Shown here: positions 1 through 12,052 of the stretch, one piece after another
Layout of the letters: every line of letters begins with the position of its first letter
Position numbering within the stretch: position 1 is the stretch's first letter
Assembly (NCBI GenBank): GCA_049840735.1
Contig: JASGJN010000021.1
Location: forward strand, 256,001 to 320,000
Direction: 5' to 3'
Source: Anaeromyxobacter sp.
GTDB lineage: Bacteria > Myxococcota > Myxococcia > Myxococcales > Anaeromyxobacteraceae
Length of the DNA: 64,000 bases
Notes under the pieces: model-generated
What the model was told of the DNA's origin: nothing
The model's database searches: none
Seen by the model: only the letters and a program-made list of their open reading frames with translations
Made by a program: the position numbers and the translations under genes

Positions 1-30
1 GGGTCATGATGGTCTCCGGCCCGCGTGCGC

Positions 31-510
31 TCAGGAGCCGCTGGTGTCGTCGTCGTCGATCAGCACGATCGGACCGTCCACGGTCTGCAGCACGGTGGCG
101 ATCTGCCCCTCGCTCGACAGCTCGACCAGCGCGAGCTCCTCCGGGCGCTGGGCTTCGTACTGAACGTACAGGAAGAGCGCCAGGGCCGCCAGCGCCGGGA
201 CGCCCGTGGCCAGCAGCGCCTTCCAGCGCAGCCCCAGCCAGCCCGGCAGGCCGCGGCGCACGGCCGCGGCAGGCGCCGAGCCCGGGTAGACCCGCTCCAT
301 CACCTGGTCCACGAACGGCGCGAAGTCGCGGGCGTTGGCCCGGGCCAGGAGCGCCTCGGAGAGCAGCCCGTCGGTGGCGGCCAGGTCCGCCGCCAGCGCC
401 TGGCAGCGCGCGCAGCCAGCCAGGTGGGTGGCCAGGTCCCTGGCCTCCTCCGGCGACAGCTCGCCCTCCCGGGCCCCGATCAGCGGTGCGTAGCGCAGAC
501 AGGCCGTCAC
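31..510 (-). CDS. Anti-sigma factor (zinc-binding HxxxCxxC domain plus one transmembrane helix)
   Basis: HLAGCARC zinc motif, a hydrophobic segment (ALLATGVPALAALALFLYV), and an overlap with the stop of the ECF sigma gene. Confidence 0.85.
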   Translation of the reverse strand: MTACLRYAPLIGAREGELSPEEARDLATHLAGCARCQALAADLAATDGLLSEALLARANARDFAPFVDQVMERVYPGSAPAAAVRRGLPGWLGLRWKALLATGVPALAALALFLYVQYEAQRPEELALVELSSEGQIATVLQTVDGPIVLIDDDDTSGS

Positions 511-1121
511 GTTCCTTCACCTTCCCCTTCGTCCCTCGGGTCGAGCCCGGCGTACTCGCGGAGCGCGGCCTGCATCTTCTTCCGGGCGTGGAAGAGCCGG
601 CTCATCACCGTGCCCTTGTGGATCCCCAGCTGCTCGGCCAGCTCCTCGTAGGAGAGCCCCTCCAGCTCGCGCAGCACCAGGATCGTCCGGTGCTTCTCGG
701 GCAGGGTGGCCAGCGCCGCCTCCATCTTGGAGGCCAGCTCGCGGCGCAGCGCGTTGGCGCCCGGATCGGCGCCCAGCGCGGTGGAGAGGATGCCCTCGCC
801 GGCGTCGGTGAGGTCGGCCTCGCGCAGCTCGTCCACGTCGTCCTTCTGCGACTGGCGCTCCTTGCGGATGGCGTCGATGGCCAGGTGCGAGGTGATCCGG
901 AACAGCCAGGTGGAGAAGGCCGACTCGCCCTTGAAGCTCTCCAGGCTCCGGTGGACCCGCACGAACGCCTCCTGGGAGACGTCCCAGGCCAGGTCGGGGT
1001 CTTTCACGATGCCCAGCGCCACGGCGTAGACCTTCCTCTGGTAGCGGACGACCAGCGCGCGGAAAGCGGCCTGCTCGCCGGACTTCACTCTCGTGATGAG
1101 GGCGAGGTCGTCTGCTTCCAT
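507..1121 (-). CDS. ECF RNA polymerase sigma-70 factor
   Basis: Region 2 motifs (DVSQEAFVR, FSTWLFRI) and region 4 (LSYEELAEQLGIHKGTVMSRLFHAR). Confidence 0.95.
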   Translation of the reverse strand: MEADDLALITRVKSGEQAAFRALVVRYQRKVYAVALGIVKDPDLAWDVSQEAFVRVHRSLESFKGESAFSTWLFRITSHLAIDAIRKERQSQKDDVDELREADLTDAGEGILSTALGADPGANALRRELASKMEAALATLPEKHRTILVLRELEGLSYEELAEQLGIHKGTVMSRLFHARKKMQAALREYAGLDPRDEGEGEGT

Positions 1122-1214
1122 GGGACGGACGGGGCTCCTGGGGGGAAATTCACCGGGCCGGTGACCCTATCACGGCCTCCCCGGCGCGGCACGCAGTCGC
1201 GCACCGCCGTCGGC

Positions 1215-1238
1215 GGAACCCCTGTCGTCATCGAGGTC
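1215..1238 (+). promoter_or_regulatory. Possible ECF-type promoter (GGAAC-N16-GTC) facing the DUF4175 operon
   Basis: GGAAC at 1215-1219 and GTC at 1236-1238, next to the divergent ECF sigma gene. The motif is short and could be chance. Confidence 0.25.
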
Positions 1239-1314
1239 GCCCGCCGGTGCCCCCCGCGTTATCCTTTCCGGACCCTGCCGCCGGGCTCTCGGCGGAGGCT
1301 CTCTCGAAAGGCTC

Positions 1315-4300
1315 ATGGCCGGCGCGTACCAGGATATCGCCCGCGTCCTTCGCGGGGCGCGTCGGCGCCAGGCGGGGGTGGTGATCGGCGCGGAGGTCGC
1401 CGCCGGCCTGGCCGTGGCGCTGCTGTGCCTGCTCCTGGGGGCCTGGGCCATCCGGGCCGGGGCCCGGTTGCCCTTCCGGTGGGTAGCCCTGGGCGGCGCC
1501 GCCGTGGCGCTCCTGCAGGCGGCCTGGCGCGCCTGGCGCGCCCTCCGGCGGGGCGCCTGGGACGACGCCGGCGCGGCCCGGACGGTGGGGGCCGGCCTGC
1601 CGGCGATCCACTCCGACCTGCTCTCGTCGGTGGAGCTCTCGCGCGATCGCGAGGCGCTGGCGGGGAGCGGCGGGTACTCGGCCGCGCTGATCGACGCGCA
1701 CGTGGAGCGGACCGCGGCGCGGGCCCGGGCGCTCGACCTCGCGCAGGTCATCCCTGACCGGCCGGCGCGGCGCGCCGGGGCGGCCCTGCTGGCGGTGGTC
1801 GTGGTCCATGGGGTGGCGCTGCTGTCGGGCGGGGCGCCGCTGGCGCACGCCTACCGGCGCGTGGTGGCGGGCGACCCGCCGGGCGCGCCGCCGCCGCAGC
1901 TCGATCCCATCACCGGCGACATCCAGCTCACCTACCGCTACCCGGCCTACATGCGCCGCGACGCGAAGACCGTGGCCGGCACCGGCGGCGAGATCCGCGC
2001 GCCCAGGGGCACCGAGGTGATCCTCGAGACCCGGGCCGACCGCGAGGTGGCCGCGGCGGAGCTGCTGATGGAGGGGCAGCCGGAGCAGGCGATGCCGGCG
2101 GCGAAGGCGGACGAGAAGCCTGCGGCCGCGCCCGCCGCACCCGCACACGCACCTGCGGTGAAGCGCTGGGCGCTCGCGGTGAAGGACGGCCGCGACCTCT
2201 CCGGCCGGCTGGTGGTGGAGGACGGCGGCAGCTACCGGTTCCGCTTCCTGGATCGCAAGGGGCGCGAGCTGGCGCTGGGCGCGCCGCTGCCCATCGTGGT
2301 CGAGCCGGACGCCTTCCCCACCGCGCAGCTCACCGCGCCGGAGCGCGAGGTGGAGGTGGACGCGGGCGCCACCGTCAACGTGGGCTGGTCGGCGGAGGAC
2401 GACGTCGGCCTGGACGAGGTGGCGCTGGTGCTGACGCTGCCCGGCGGCAAGGAGGACCGGCGCGTGCTGCGCAGCGGCGACCCGGTCCGCCGCGACGGCG
2501 GCGACCTCCCGCTGCCGCTCGGGCCGCTCAAGCTGGCCGAGGGCGAGGAGCTCACCTACCGGCTGGAGGCGCGCGACGGCGACACCGTCTCCGGCCCCAA
2601 GACCGGCAGCTCGGACACCCACGTCATCCGCGTCTACTCCGAGGCCGAGCACCGCCGCCGCATCCTGGAGAAGGCCACCGCGGCCTTCGAGGAGCTGGTG
2701 GCGCTGCTGGGCGACCGGCTGGACCTCTTCGCGCAGGGCTCGGTGGCCACCGCCGACCGGCTGCCGCTGGCCACCGCGCTGGACGGCCGCGCGCGCGGGC
2801 TGCACGAGAAGCTGCGCCAGGCGGCCCAGGAGATCCGCGCCGACCGGGCCGGGCCGCCGGAGGTGGCGGCGGCGCTGCAGAACGTGGCCACCTCGCTGCG
2901 CGTGGCGGAGCAGCGGGTCTCGGCCACGCGCGCGCAGGTGGCGCAGGCCTTCCGCATCCGCGTGCTGCCGGACCGCTCGGTGGTCCGGACCATGGGCTGG
3001 TTCGACGCCCAGCTGGACCGCGAGCTGGAGAAGGGGATCCTCTACCTCGAGCAGCTGCTGGACAAGCGGCGGGCGGAGGACCTGGTGCGGCTGGCCAGGG
3101 ACCTGAACGCCCGGCGCAAGGAGCTGGCGGGCCTGCTGGACCGCTACCGCCAGGCGCCCACCGAGGCCCGCAAGCAGGAGCTGGTGGCGCAGGTGCAGCG
3201 GATGAAGGAGCGGGTCCGCGACCTCTTGCAGCGGATGGCGGAGCTGTCGAAGGGGTTCAACGACGAGCACATGAACCAGGAGGCCCTGGCCGAGCTGGCG
3301 AAGTCGCAGGACCTCATGTCCGGGCTCGACGACATCGAGAAGAAGCTCGCCGCTGGCGACGTGGAGGGGGCCATGAAGGCGCTCGACCAGATGGCGGGCG
3401 CCATGGACCAGATGATGGCCGGCCTGCAGCGCACCGCCGGGCGCCCGGACGAGAAGGCCCAGGCGCTGCGCCAGGAGCTGATGGCGTTCCAGGAGGCGCT
3501 GGAGCGGGTCCAGAAGGACCAGGCCGCCACCGCCGCCGAGACCGGGAAGATCCGCGCCGCCTACCGCAAGCGCGCCGCCGAGCAGATGAAGAACCTGGAG
3601 GCGGACCTCAAGAAGCTCTCCCAGCTGGCCACCGAGGCGCGCAAGGACGTGGAGGCCACCGCGCCGGCGGTGACCCCGCGCACGCAGCCGGAGTACGAGG
3701 GCTCGCGCGACGCGCTGCAGGACGTGGAGAAGGCGCTCTCCATGCGCGAGCTGGAGGGCGCGCGCGAGGCGGTCGAGAAGGCGGACCCGCCGGTGCGGGG
3801 GCTGACCCTGCAGCTCGACCAGGACGCGCTGATGGGCTCGCGCTCGCTGGGCGGGCCGGGCGAGGAGGTGGCCGGCGAGGCCGCCCGGCGGGCCCACGGC
3901 GCGAGCGGCAAGGTGGCGGAGCTGAGGAAGAAGCTGGACCAGCTCTTCCCGGATCCGCGCGGCGTGCTCTCCAAGGACGAGCAGAAGCGGCTGGGCGAGC
4001 TGGGCGAGCAGCAGGCCAGGCTGGAGAAGGACGCCGCCAGGCTGCAGGAGCAGCTCGGCAAGCTGGCGCAGGAGGCGCCCATCTTCCCGCCCTCGGCGCA
4101 GGAGCAGCTGGGCCAGGGGCGCGGCCACATGGGCGAGGCGGCGGCGGAGCTGGGCGCGCGCAACCCGCAGCGGGGCCACGGCCACCAGCAGCTGGCCATG
4201 GACGCGCTGGAGCGGGTCAGGAAGGGGCTGGAGGACGCCGCCAGGAAGGGCGGGCAGGGCGGCGGCCAGGGCTTCCCGTTCCCGTTCGCCGAGAGCGGCG

Positions 4301-4479
4301 ACCAGGACGGTCAGGGCGACGGGCTGCAGGCCTCGCGCGAGAAGGTGAAGATCCCGGGCGCCGAGGCGCACAAGGTCCCGGAGGCCTTCCGGAAGGACCT
4401 GATGGAGGCGATGAAGCAGGGCGCGCCGGAGCGGTACCGGCAGGACGTGCAGCGCTACTACGAGGAGCTGGTCAAGTGA
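1315..4479 (+). CDS. DUF4175-like membrane-anchored coiled-coil protein
   Basis: N-terminal TM helices, YPAY motif, AEDDVGL and EARDGD Ig-like motifs, long coiled coil, C-terminal 'VQRYYEEL'; MoxR operon context. Confidence 0.8.
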   Translation: MAGAYQDIARVLRGARRRQAGVVIGAEVAAGLAVALLCLLLGAWAIRAGARLPFRWVALGGAAVALLQAAWRAWRALRRGAWDDAGAARTVGAGLPAIHSDLLSSVELSRDREALAGSGGYSAALIDAHVERTAARARALDLAQVIPDRPARRAGAALLAVVVVHGVALLSGGAPLAHAYRRVVAGDPPGAPPPQLDPITGDIQLTYRYPAYMRRDAKTVAGTGGEIRAPRGTEVILETRADREVAAAELLMEGQPEQAMPAAKADEKPAAAPAAPAHAPAVKRWALAVKDGRDLSGRLVVEDGGSYRFRFLDRKGRELALGAPLPIVVEPDAFPTAQLTAPEREVEVDAGATVNVGWSAEDDVGLDEVALVLTLPGGKEDRRVLRSGDPVRRDGGDLPLPLGPLKLAEGEELTYRLEARDGDTVSGPKTGSSDTHVIRVYSEAEHRRRILEKATAAFEELVALLGDRLDLFAQGSVATADRLPLATALDGRARGLHEKLRQAAQEIRADRAGPPEVAAALQNVATSLRVAEQRVSATRAQVAQAFRIRVLPDRSVVRTMGWFDAQLDRELEKGILYLEQLLDKRRAEDLVRLARDLNARRKELAGLLDRYRQAPTEARKQELVAQVQRMKERVRDLLQRMAELSKGFNDEHMNQEALAELAKSQDLMSGLDDIEKKLAAGDVEGAMKALDQMAGAMDQMMAGLQRTAGRPDEKAQALRQELMAFQEALERVQKDQAATAAETGKIRAAYRKRAAEQMKNLEADLKKLSQLATEARKDVEATAPAVTPRTQPEYEGSRDALQDVEKALSMRELEGAREAVEKADPPVRGLTLQLDQDALMGSRSLGGPGEEVAGEAARRAHGASGKVAELRKKLDQLFPDPRGVLSKDEQKRLGELGEQQARLEKDAARLQEQLGKLAQEAPIFPPSAQEQLGQGRGHMGEAAAELGARNPQRGHGHQQLAMDALERVRKGLEDAARKGGQGGGQGFPFPFAESGDQDGQGDGLQASREKVKIPGAEAHKVPEAFRKDLMEAMKQGAPERYRQDVQRYYEELVK

Positions 4480-6064
4480 CGCCGCCTGGCCCTCGAGGCC
4501 GCGCCCGCCCGGCGGCCCTGGCGGTCGCCCTGCTGGTGGCGGCGGTGGCGGTTTGGCCCGCCGCCGCCTTCGCCGCCAGCAAGGCCGAGACCGCCGCGCT
4601 GGCGGCGCTGCGCGCGCTGGCCGACGAGGACGTGGAGGGCGCGCGCCGGGCGCTGCAGCCGTTCGAGCCGCTCGACGCCGGTCCGCCGCCATCCTCTACG
4701 CCGCCGGCGCGCTCCGCTTCCACGAGCAGCGCTACCCCGAGGCGCTCCAGCTGCTGGAGACGTCGGGCGCCGGCAGCGCCGAGTACGTCGCGCTGGCCCG
4801 CGCGGCGCAGGCGGTCACGAAGGACCACGTCCGCGCCGAGGGCGAGCACTTCGTGGTCTCCTGCCCGAAGGGCAAGGACGAGGTGCTGGTCCCCTACCTG
4901 CTCGACGCGCTGGAGCGCCAGCGCGCCGCGCTGGTGAAGGCGCTGGGGCCGGTGCCGCCGGGCAAGGTGACGGTCGAGCTGGTCAACGACGTGAAGCAGC
5001 TGGCGGCGCTCACCACGCTCAGCGAGGCGGAGGTCCGCACCAGCGGCACGGTGGCGGTGTCCAAGTTCAACAAGCTGATGATGCTGTCGCCCAAGGCGCT
5101 GCTGAAGGGCTACGACTGGCTGGACACCGCGGCGCACGAGTACACGCACACGGCGGTGACGGCCCGCACCCGCAACCGCGCGCCCATCTGGCTGCAGGAG
5201 GGGCTGGCCAAGTGGTTCGAGGCGGCCTGGCGCGGCGGCACCGACGCGCTCACGCCCTTCTCGGCGGCGCTGGTGAAGGACGCGGTGGCCTCCAGGTCGC
5301 TGGTCACCTTCCAGGAGATGCACCCCTCGCTGGCCAAGCTCCCCTCGCAGGAGCGGGCGGCGCTGGCCTACGCGCAGGTGGTGCTGGCCATGGAGCACCT
5401 GGTCCAGGCGCGCGGGCCGCAGGCGCTGGGGCGCCTCACCGGCGAGATCGGCGAGGGCAAGCCGGTGGAGACCGCCGTGGCCGACGCGGCCGGCGTCCCC
5501 TTCGACCGCTTCCTCGCCGACTGGAGGAAGCACATGGCCACCCGCCCGCTGCCGCGCGGCGGCGACCACGAGCTGCGCCGGCTGCGCTTCAAGGACGATC
5601 CGAAGCAGGCCGGGGGCGAGTGGTCGGAGATCGGCGACCAGGAGGCGCAGGGCTGGGCGCGGCTGGGTGAGATCTTCCGGGCGCGCGGGCGCTGGGGCGC
5701 GGCGCGGCAGGAGTACGCCAAGGCCTACCAGAAGGTGGGCGCGCGCATCCCCATCCTCTCGGGCCAGTACGCGCTGGCGGCCAGCATGTCCGGCGCCAAG
5801 CCGGAGGCGGAGAAGGTGCTGGGCGAGGCGCTGGCCTGGAACCCGGACTACCCCGCCTTGAACCTCCAGCTGGCCCGGCTGCTGCTGGACCGCGGCCAGC
5901 TGCAGCAGGCCCGCGACCACCTGCTGGCGGCCAACCGCCAGGACCCCTTCGACCCCGAGATCCACGCTGGCCTGTCCAAGGTGCTGGAGGCGCTGGGTGA
6001 CCCCGGAGGCGCCTCGCGGGAGGCCCGCTTCGCGAGGATACTCACCGGCCAGGAGACCCCATGA
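4476..6064 (+). CDS. Secreted TPR / peptidase MA-like (HExxH) protein; single-base frameshift near 4680
   Basis: Signal peptide in frame 4476 joins frame 4553, which carries AAHEYTH and PIWLQEGLA gluzincin motifs and C-terminal TPRs. Confidence 0.8.
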
Positions 6065-7089
6065 GCACGCCCACCGCGACCCCCCCGCCGCTGCCCGTCA
6101 ACCCGGAGGCCGACCTGCAGGCCGTGCACGAGCTGCACGACGCCCGGCGCATGATCCTCTCGGAGATCGAGAAGCGGATCGTGGGCCAGAAGGACGTGGT
6201 GGACTCGCTGCTGGTGGCGCTGTTCGCGCGCGGCCACTGCCTGTTCGTGGGCGTGCCCGGGCTGGCCAAGACCCTGCTCATCTCCACGGTGGCGGACGTC
6301 CTCGACCTCTCCTTCAACCGCATCCAGTTCACGCCGGACCTGATGCCCTCCGACATCACCGGCACCGACGTGCTGGAGGAGGACCACACCACCGGCCGCC
6401 GCGCCTTCCGCTTCGTGCGCGGCCCCATCTTCGCGAACCTGCTCCTGGCCGATGAGATCAACCGCACGCCGCCCAAGACGCAGGCGGCGCTGCTGCAGGC
6501 CATGCAGGAGTACCGGGTCACCGCCGGCGGCGAGACCTACCCGCTCGACCTGCCCTTCCTGGTCTTCGCCACCCAGAACCCCATCGAGCAGGAGGGGACC
6601 TACCCGCTCCCCGAGGCGCAGCTGGACCGGTTCATGTTCTACGTGAACGTGAGCTACCCCACCGCGCTGGAGGAGCTGGAGATCGTCCGCTCCACCACCG
6701 TCTCCAGCCGCCCGCCGCTCCACCGCGTCCTCTCCCCGCACAAGATCCGCGAGCTGCAGGACCTGGTGCTGCGCGTCCCCGCCGCCGACCACGTCATCAA
6801 GTACGCCGTCGAGCTGGTGCGCCGCACGCGCCCCGGCGAGCCGGGCGCGCCCGACTTCGTGAAGGACAACGTCTCCTGGGGCGCCGGTCCGCGCGCCAGC
6901 CAGTACCTGGTGCTGGGCGCCAAGAGCCGCGCCATCCTCGACGGCCGCATGGCCGCCAGCGAGGAGGACGTCCGCGCCCTGGCGCGCAACGTCCTCGTCC
7001 ACCGCGTCATCACCAACTTCCGCGCCGAGAGCGAGGGCGTCACCAGCCAGCAGATCGTGGAGCGGCTGGTGGAGAAGGTCAGGGTGTGA
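6061..7089 (+). CDS. moxR: MoxR family AAA+ ATPase
   Basis: GVPGLAKT, RIQFTPDLMPSDITG, DEINRTPPKTQAALL, ATQNPIEQEGTYPLPEAQLDRF. Confidence 0.97.
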   Translation: MSTPTATPPPLPVNPEADLQAVHELHDARRMILSEIEKRIVGQKDVVDSLLVALFARGHCLFVGVPGLAKTLLISTVADVLDLSFNRIQFTPDLMPSDITGTDVLEEDHTTGRRAFRFVRGPIFANLLLADEINRTPPKTQAALLQAMQEYRVTAGGETYPLDLPFLVFATQNPIEQEGTYPLPEAQLDRFMFYVNVSYPTALEELEIVRSTTVSSRPPLHRVLSPHKIRELQDLVLRVPAADHVIKYAVELVRRTRPGEPGAPDFVKDNVSWGAGPRASQYLVLGAKSRAILDGRMAASEEDVRALARNVLVHRVITNFRAESEGVTSQQIVERLVEKVRV

Positions 7090-7140
7090 GGGGCGCAGGT
7101 GGTCGCCTCGGCTCCGCGGCAGGGGCCGGTTCACCCGAAT

Positions 7141-7748
7141 CCGTTCGGGCTGAGTCCTTCGACTTCGCGCCCGCGGGGCGGGCGCTACGCTCAGGACGAG
7201 CGGAGTCGAAGCCCAGGCGCTGTCGGTCCCCGTTCATCCTTCGACTCCGGGCCCGGAGAGTCGGAGGCGGCCGGGACGGAGCCCGGGCCCTACGCTCAGG
7301 ACGAACGGGATGCGAACGGCGCACGGGCCCAGGTGGCAGCTCCGGTCGGGCAGAGCGCAGCGGCAGCGGAGCGGCCGCGGAGTCGAAGCCCAGGTCGGCA
7401 CCGGGACCAGCAGGCTGTCGGTCCCCGTTCATCCTTCGACTCCGGGCCCGGAGAGTCGGAGGCGGCCGGGACCGAGCCCGGGCCCTACGCTCAGGACGAA
7501 CGGGATGCGAACGGCGCACGGGCCCAGGTGGCAGCTCCGGTCGGGCTGAGCGTAGTGGCCTGGCAGGCGAATCCGTTCGGGCTGAGCGTAGCGGCCGCGC
7601 AGCGGCCGCGGAGTCGAAGCCCAGGGATCGGCCAGGGAGCGGAAAAGGGCCGTGATACGGACCTGGGTCCGCGGTACGGACCCCATCCGTTCGCCCTGAG
7701 CGTAGCCGCCGTCCGCCAGGACGGCGGCGAAGTCGAAGGGGCGAACGG
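7141..7748. repeat. REP-like palindromic element cluster upstream of the GIY-YIG gene (about 8 copies, one nested pair, one ~135 bp duplication at 195 bp spacing)
   Basis: Repeated CCGTTCGNNCTGAGCGTAG...GAGTCGAAG and its reverse complement CTTCGACT...CTACGCTCAGGACGAACGG. Confidence 0.92.
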
Positions 7749-7785
7749 GATCCGCCTTCGCACGGTTCTTGAACTGCTCCGAGGC

Positions 7786-8815
7786 ATGAAGCCCTTCTTC
7801 GTCTACATGCTGGAGTGCGCCGACGGCACCTACTACACGGGCCACACCGAGGATCTCGAGGCGCGCCTCGCCGAGCACCAGGCCGGCGAGACGCCGGGGT
7901 ACACGAAGAAGCGCCGCCCGGTCGAGCTGGTGTGGTGCGCCGAGTTCGCCCGGCGGGACGAGGCGCTCGAGCGGGAACTCCAGATCAAGGGCTGGACGCG
8001 GGCCAAGAAGCAGGCGCTCATCGAGGAGGACTGGGGTGAGATCAGGCGGCTCGCGCGAGGGCCTGACCGCAAGCTGCGACCCCGTTCATCCTTCGACTTC
8101 GCTTGCCCTGAGCGTAGCGCCGCCCCGGCGGCGCGGAGCCGAAGGGCTCAGGACGAACGGGATACGAACGGCTCGCGGGCCCCGGGAGCAGATCCGTTCG
8201 GGCTGAGCGTAGCGGCCGCGGAGCGGCCGCGGAGTCGAAGCCCAGGCGCTGTCGGTCCCCGTTCATCCTTCGACTTCGGGCCCGGAGCGTCAGCGGCAGG
8301 CGGGACCAGGCCCGGGCCCTACGCTCAGGACGAACGGGATACGAACGGCTCGCGGGCCCCGGGAGCAGATCCGTTCGGGCTGAGCGTAGCGGCCGCGGAG
8401 CGGCCGCGGAGTCGAAGCCCGGGCGCTGTCGGTCCCCGTTCATCCTTCGACTTCGGGCCCGGAGCGTCAGCGGCAGGTGGGACCGAGCCCGGGCCCTACG
8501 CTCAGGACGAACGGGATACGAACGGCTCGCGGGCCCCGGGAGCAGATCCGTTCGGGCTGAGCGTAGCGGCCGCGGAGCGGCCGCGGAGTCGAAGCCCGGG
8601 CGCTGTCGGTCCCCGTTCATCCTTCGACTTCGGGCCCGGAGCGTCAGCGGCAGGTGGGACCGAGCCCGGGCCCTACGCTCAGGACGAACGGGATACGAAC
8701 GGCTCGCGGGCCCCGGGAGCGGATCCGTTCGGGCTTAGCGTAGCGGCCGCGGAGCGGCCGCGGAGTCGAAGCCCGGGCGCTGACCAGCGTCGAAGCCCAG
8801 GGAGTCACCGGAACC

Positions 8816-8823
<8 letters not shown>
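7786..8823 (+). CDS. GIY-YIG nuclease (small YhbQ/UPF0213-like domain, ~7786-8075); the ORF reads on through the 177 bp repeat array
   Basis: MKPFFVYMLECADGTYYTGHTEDLEARLAEH...ALERELQIKGWTRAKK contains the VY/YTG motifs, conserved Arg and catalytic Glu. First in-frame stop is 8821-8823. Confidence 0.9.
8081..8800. repeat. Four tandem 177 bp units, each an inverted REP doublet (REPIN-like)
   Basis: GTTCATCC recurs at 8084, 8261, 8438 and 8615 (exact 177 bp period). Confidence 0.95.
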
Positions 8824-9719
<896 letters not shown>

Positions 9720-9723
<4 letters not shown>

Positions 9724-11885
9724 ACCTGGGCTTCGTCAACCCGGCGCTCCTCTGGGGCCTGCTGGCCGCGGCCATCCCGCTGGCCATCCACCTGTTCTTC
9801 CGCCGCCGGCCGCGCCCCACGCCCTTCCCGGCCATCGAGTTCATCCTGCGCGCCCGCCGCGAGACCCAGCGCCGGGTCCGGCTGCGCAAGGTGCTCCTCT
9901 TCACCGCCCGCACGCTGCTGCTGGCCGCGGTGGCGGCCGCCATCGCCCGGCCGCGCACCGAGGCCCCGCCGCAGGCGGCCGCCGCGGCGCAGGGGCCGCG
10001 CGCCACCGCCCTGGTGCTCGACGCCTCCGGCTCCATGCAGTACACGCTGGGTGGACGCCGCCTCTTCGACCGCGCCCGCGCCGACCTGCTCGACGCGCTG
10101 GCGGCGCTCTCGCCGGAGGACCCGGTCACGGTGCTGGTCTGCGGGGCGGCCACCCCCAGCGCCGCGCCGCCCGGCTTCGACCGCGCCGCGGCGCGGGCCC
10201 TGCTCGCCCAGGCCGCGGTGGAGGCCGGCCACTCCGACCTGACCGCCTGCGCCAACGCCGCCGTGCGCGCGCTGGCCGCCGAGGCGGCCCAGGCGTCCCT
10301 GCCCAAGCGGCTCATCGTGGCCACCGACCTGGCCGCCACCGCCTGGCGCCTCGACGTGCCGCCCCCGTCGGTGGAGAGCGCCAGGGGGCCCCTCCGCCCC
10401 GAGGTGGAGGTGCTGGACGCCGCCCGCGGCGAGCCGCTCCCCAACCAGGCGGTGACCGGCCTGGAGGTCGAGCCGGATCCGGCCGCCGGCCCGCGCGGCT
10501 ACCGCTTCACCGCCACGCTGGCGCGCCAGGGGCCGGAGAAGGCCAGCGACGTGCCGCTGCAGCTCAAGGTCGGGCGTGGCCCGGAGCAGAAGGTGGCCAT
10601 CCGCGCCTTCACCGAGCTGCCCGCCGGCGGCGCCACCCGCAAGACGCTCCTGCACGGCTTCCCGGCCGGCGGCACCGCCGAGGTGGAGCTGGCGCTGCCG
10701 CCCGACCCGCTGCCGCTCGACGACGCGCGGGCGGTGGTGCTGCAGGTGCCGCGCGACGTGCGCGCGCTGGTGGTGGACGGCGCCCCCTCGCCCGTCAAGC
10801 TGCGCGACGAGGCCTACTTCGTGGAGGCGGCGCTGGCCTCGCCGGCCTCGCCGGTCCGGCCGCGGCTGGTGGACGCCGAGGCCTTCCCGCGCGAGGACCT
10901 GGCCGCCTACGACGTGATCTTCCTGCTCAACGTGCGCAACGCCGGCGCCCGCGCCGCCGACCTGCAGCGCTTCGTGGAGGGCGGCGGCGGGCTCTTCATC
11001 GCGCTGGGCGACCAGGTGGACCCGGAGACGTACTCGCGCGAGCTGGCCACCGTCCTGCCCATGGCGCTGCACGTCGAGAAGAGCACCGGGGCGCCGGGCG
11101 GCGGCGCCAGCGGGACCGCCCACCCGGCCCGCTTCGCCGAGCTGGACTGGAACCATCCGGCGCTCTCGGTCTTCGGCGGCGAGGCGCGCGAGGGGCTCCT
11201 GGGCACGCGCACCTTCCGCTACGTCCTGGCGCGCCCGGGCCGCGGCGGCGCGGAGGGGCCGGCGCCGCGGGTGCTGGCCGCCTTCGACGACGGCGCCCCG
11301 GCGCTGGTGGAGGGGCGGCGCGGCAAGGGGCGGGTGCTGCTGTTCACCTCCAGCGCCGACCGCGACTGGACCGACTGGCCCATCCGCACCTCCTTCCTGC
11401 CCGCCATGCAGCGCTTCGCCGGCTTCCTGGTGGGGGCGCTGGAGGAGCGGCGGGAGGCGCCCACCGTGGTGGGCGAGCGGCGCGCGCTGCGGCTCCCCGA
11501 GGGCGAGGCGCTGGTCGGGCTGGTGGACCCGGACGGCCGCGGCTGGTCCTTGGCCGACCTGCGGCGCACCGGGCTGGAGGAGCACGACGGCCTAAGCTGG
11601 GCCCCGCCCGCGCCCGGGCTGTGGCAGGTACGGGTGAAGGTCCGCGGCGAGGAGCGGATGGACCCGCAGCTCACCTTCGCGGCCTGGCCGGACGCGCGCG
11701 AGTCCGACACCCGCCGCCTGGAGCCCTCCGAGCTGACCGCCTGGTTCGGCGGCGAGGGGCACGCCAGGGTGGACGGCGATGCCCGCACCGCGGCCTCGCG
11801 CGAGCTGCCGCTCTGGTCGATCCTGCTGGTGGCGGGCCTGCTGGCCTTCGTGGGCGAGGGGCTGCTGCTCTCCACCCGCTCCTGA
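9720..11885 (+). CDS. BatA N-terminal / vWA domain membrane protein
   Basis: FVNPALLWGLLAAAIPLAIHL BatA motif, LDASGSM MIDAS-like motif, glutaminase-like middle region, C-terminal TM. Confidence 0.88.
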
Positions 11886-12052
11886 GCGCGCTGCTCCCGG
11901 CGGCGCGTCCGCCTCCCGCACGCGGCTGCCATCCGAAGCCCATCCCCGCGCGAGGCCCACATCCTGGCAGGATGGCCCGTATCCTGCGCCGCACCCCCTG
12001 CGCTCGCCTGCCCGCTACGCAGCGCGGCGCTCTCGGGTAGAGTGCCCGGGTC

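Noticed and set aside
1228..4692. Long antisense and alternate-frame ORFs (e.g. 1228-4692, 41966-45622, 54421-58710, 54440-58834)
   Set aside because: They are shadow ORFs typical of very high GC DNA, Arg/Pro/Ala-rich, and overlap well-supported genes.
7758..7773. Sigma-54 promoter before the GIY-YIG gene (TCGCACGGTTCTTGAA)
   Set aside because: Both invariant dinucleotides (-24 GG and -12 GC) are absent.
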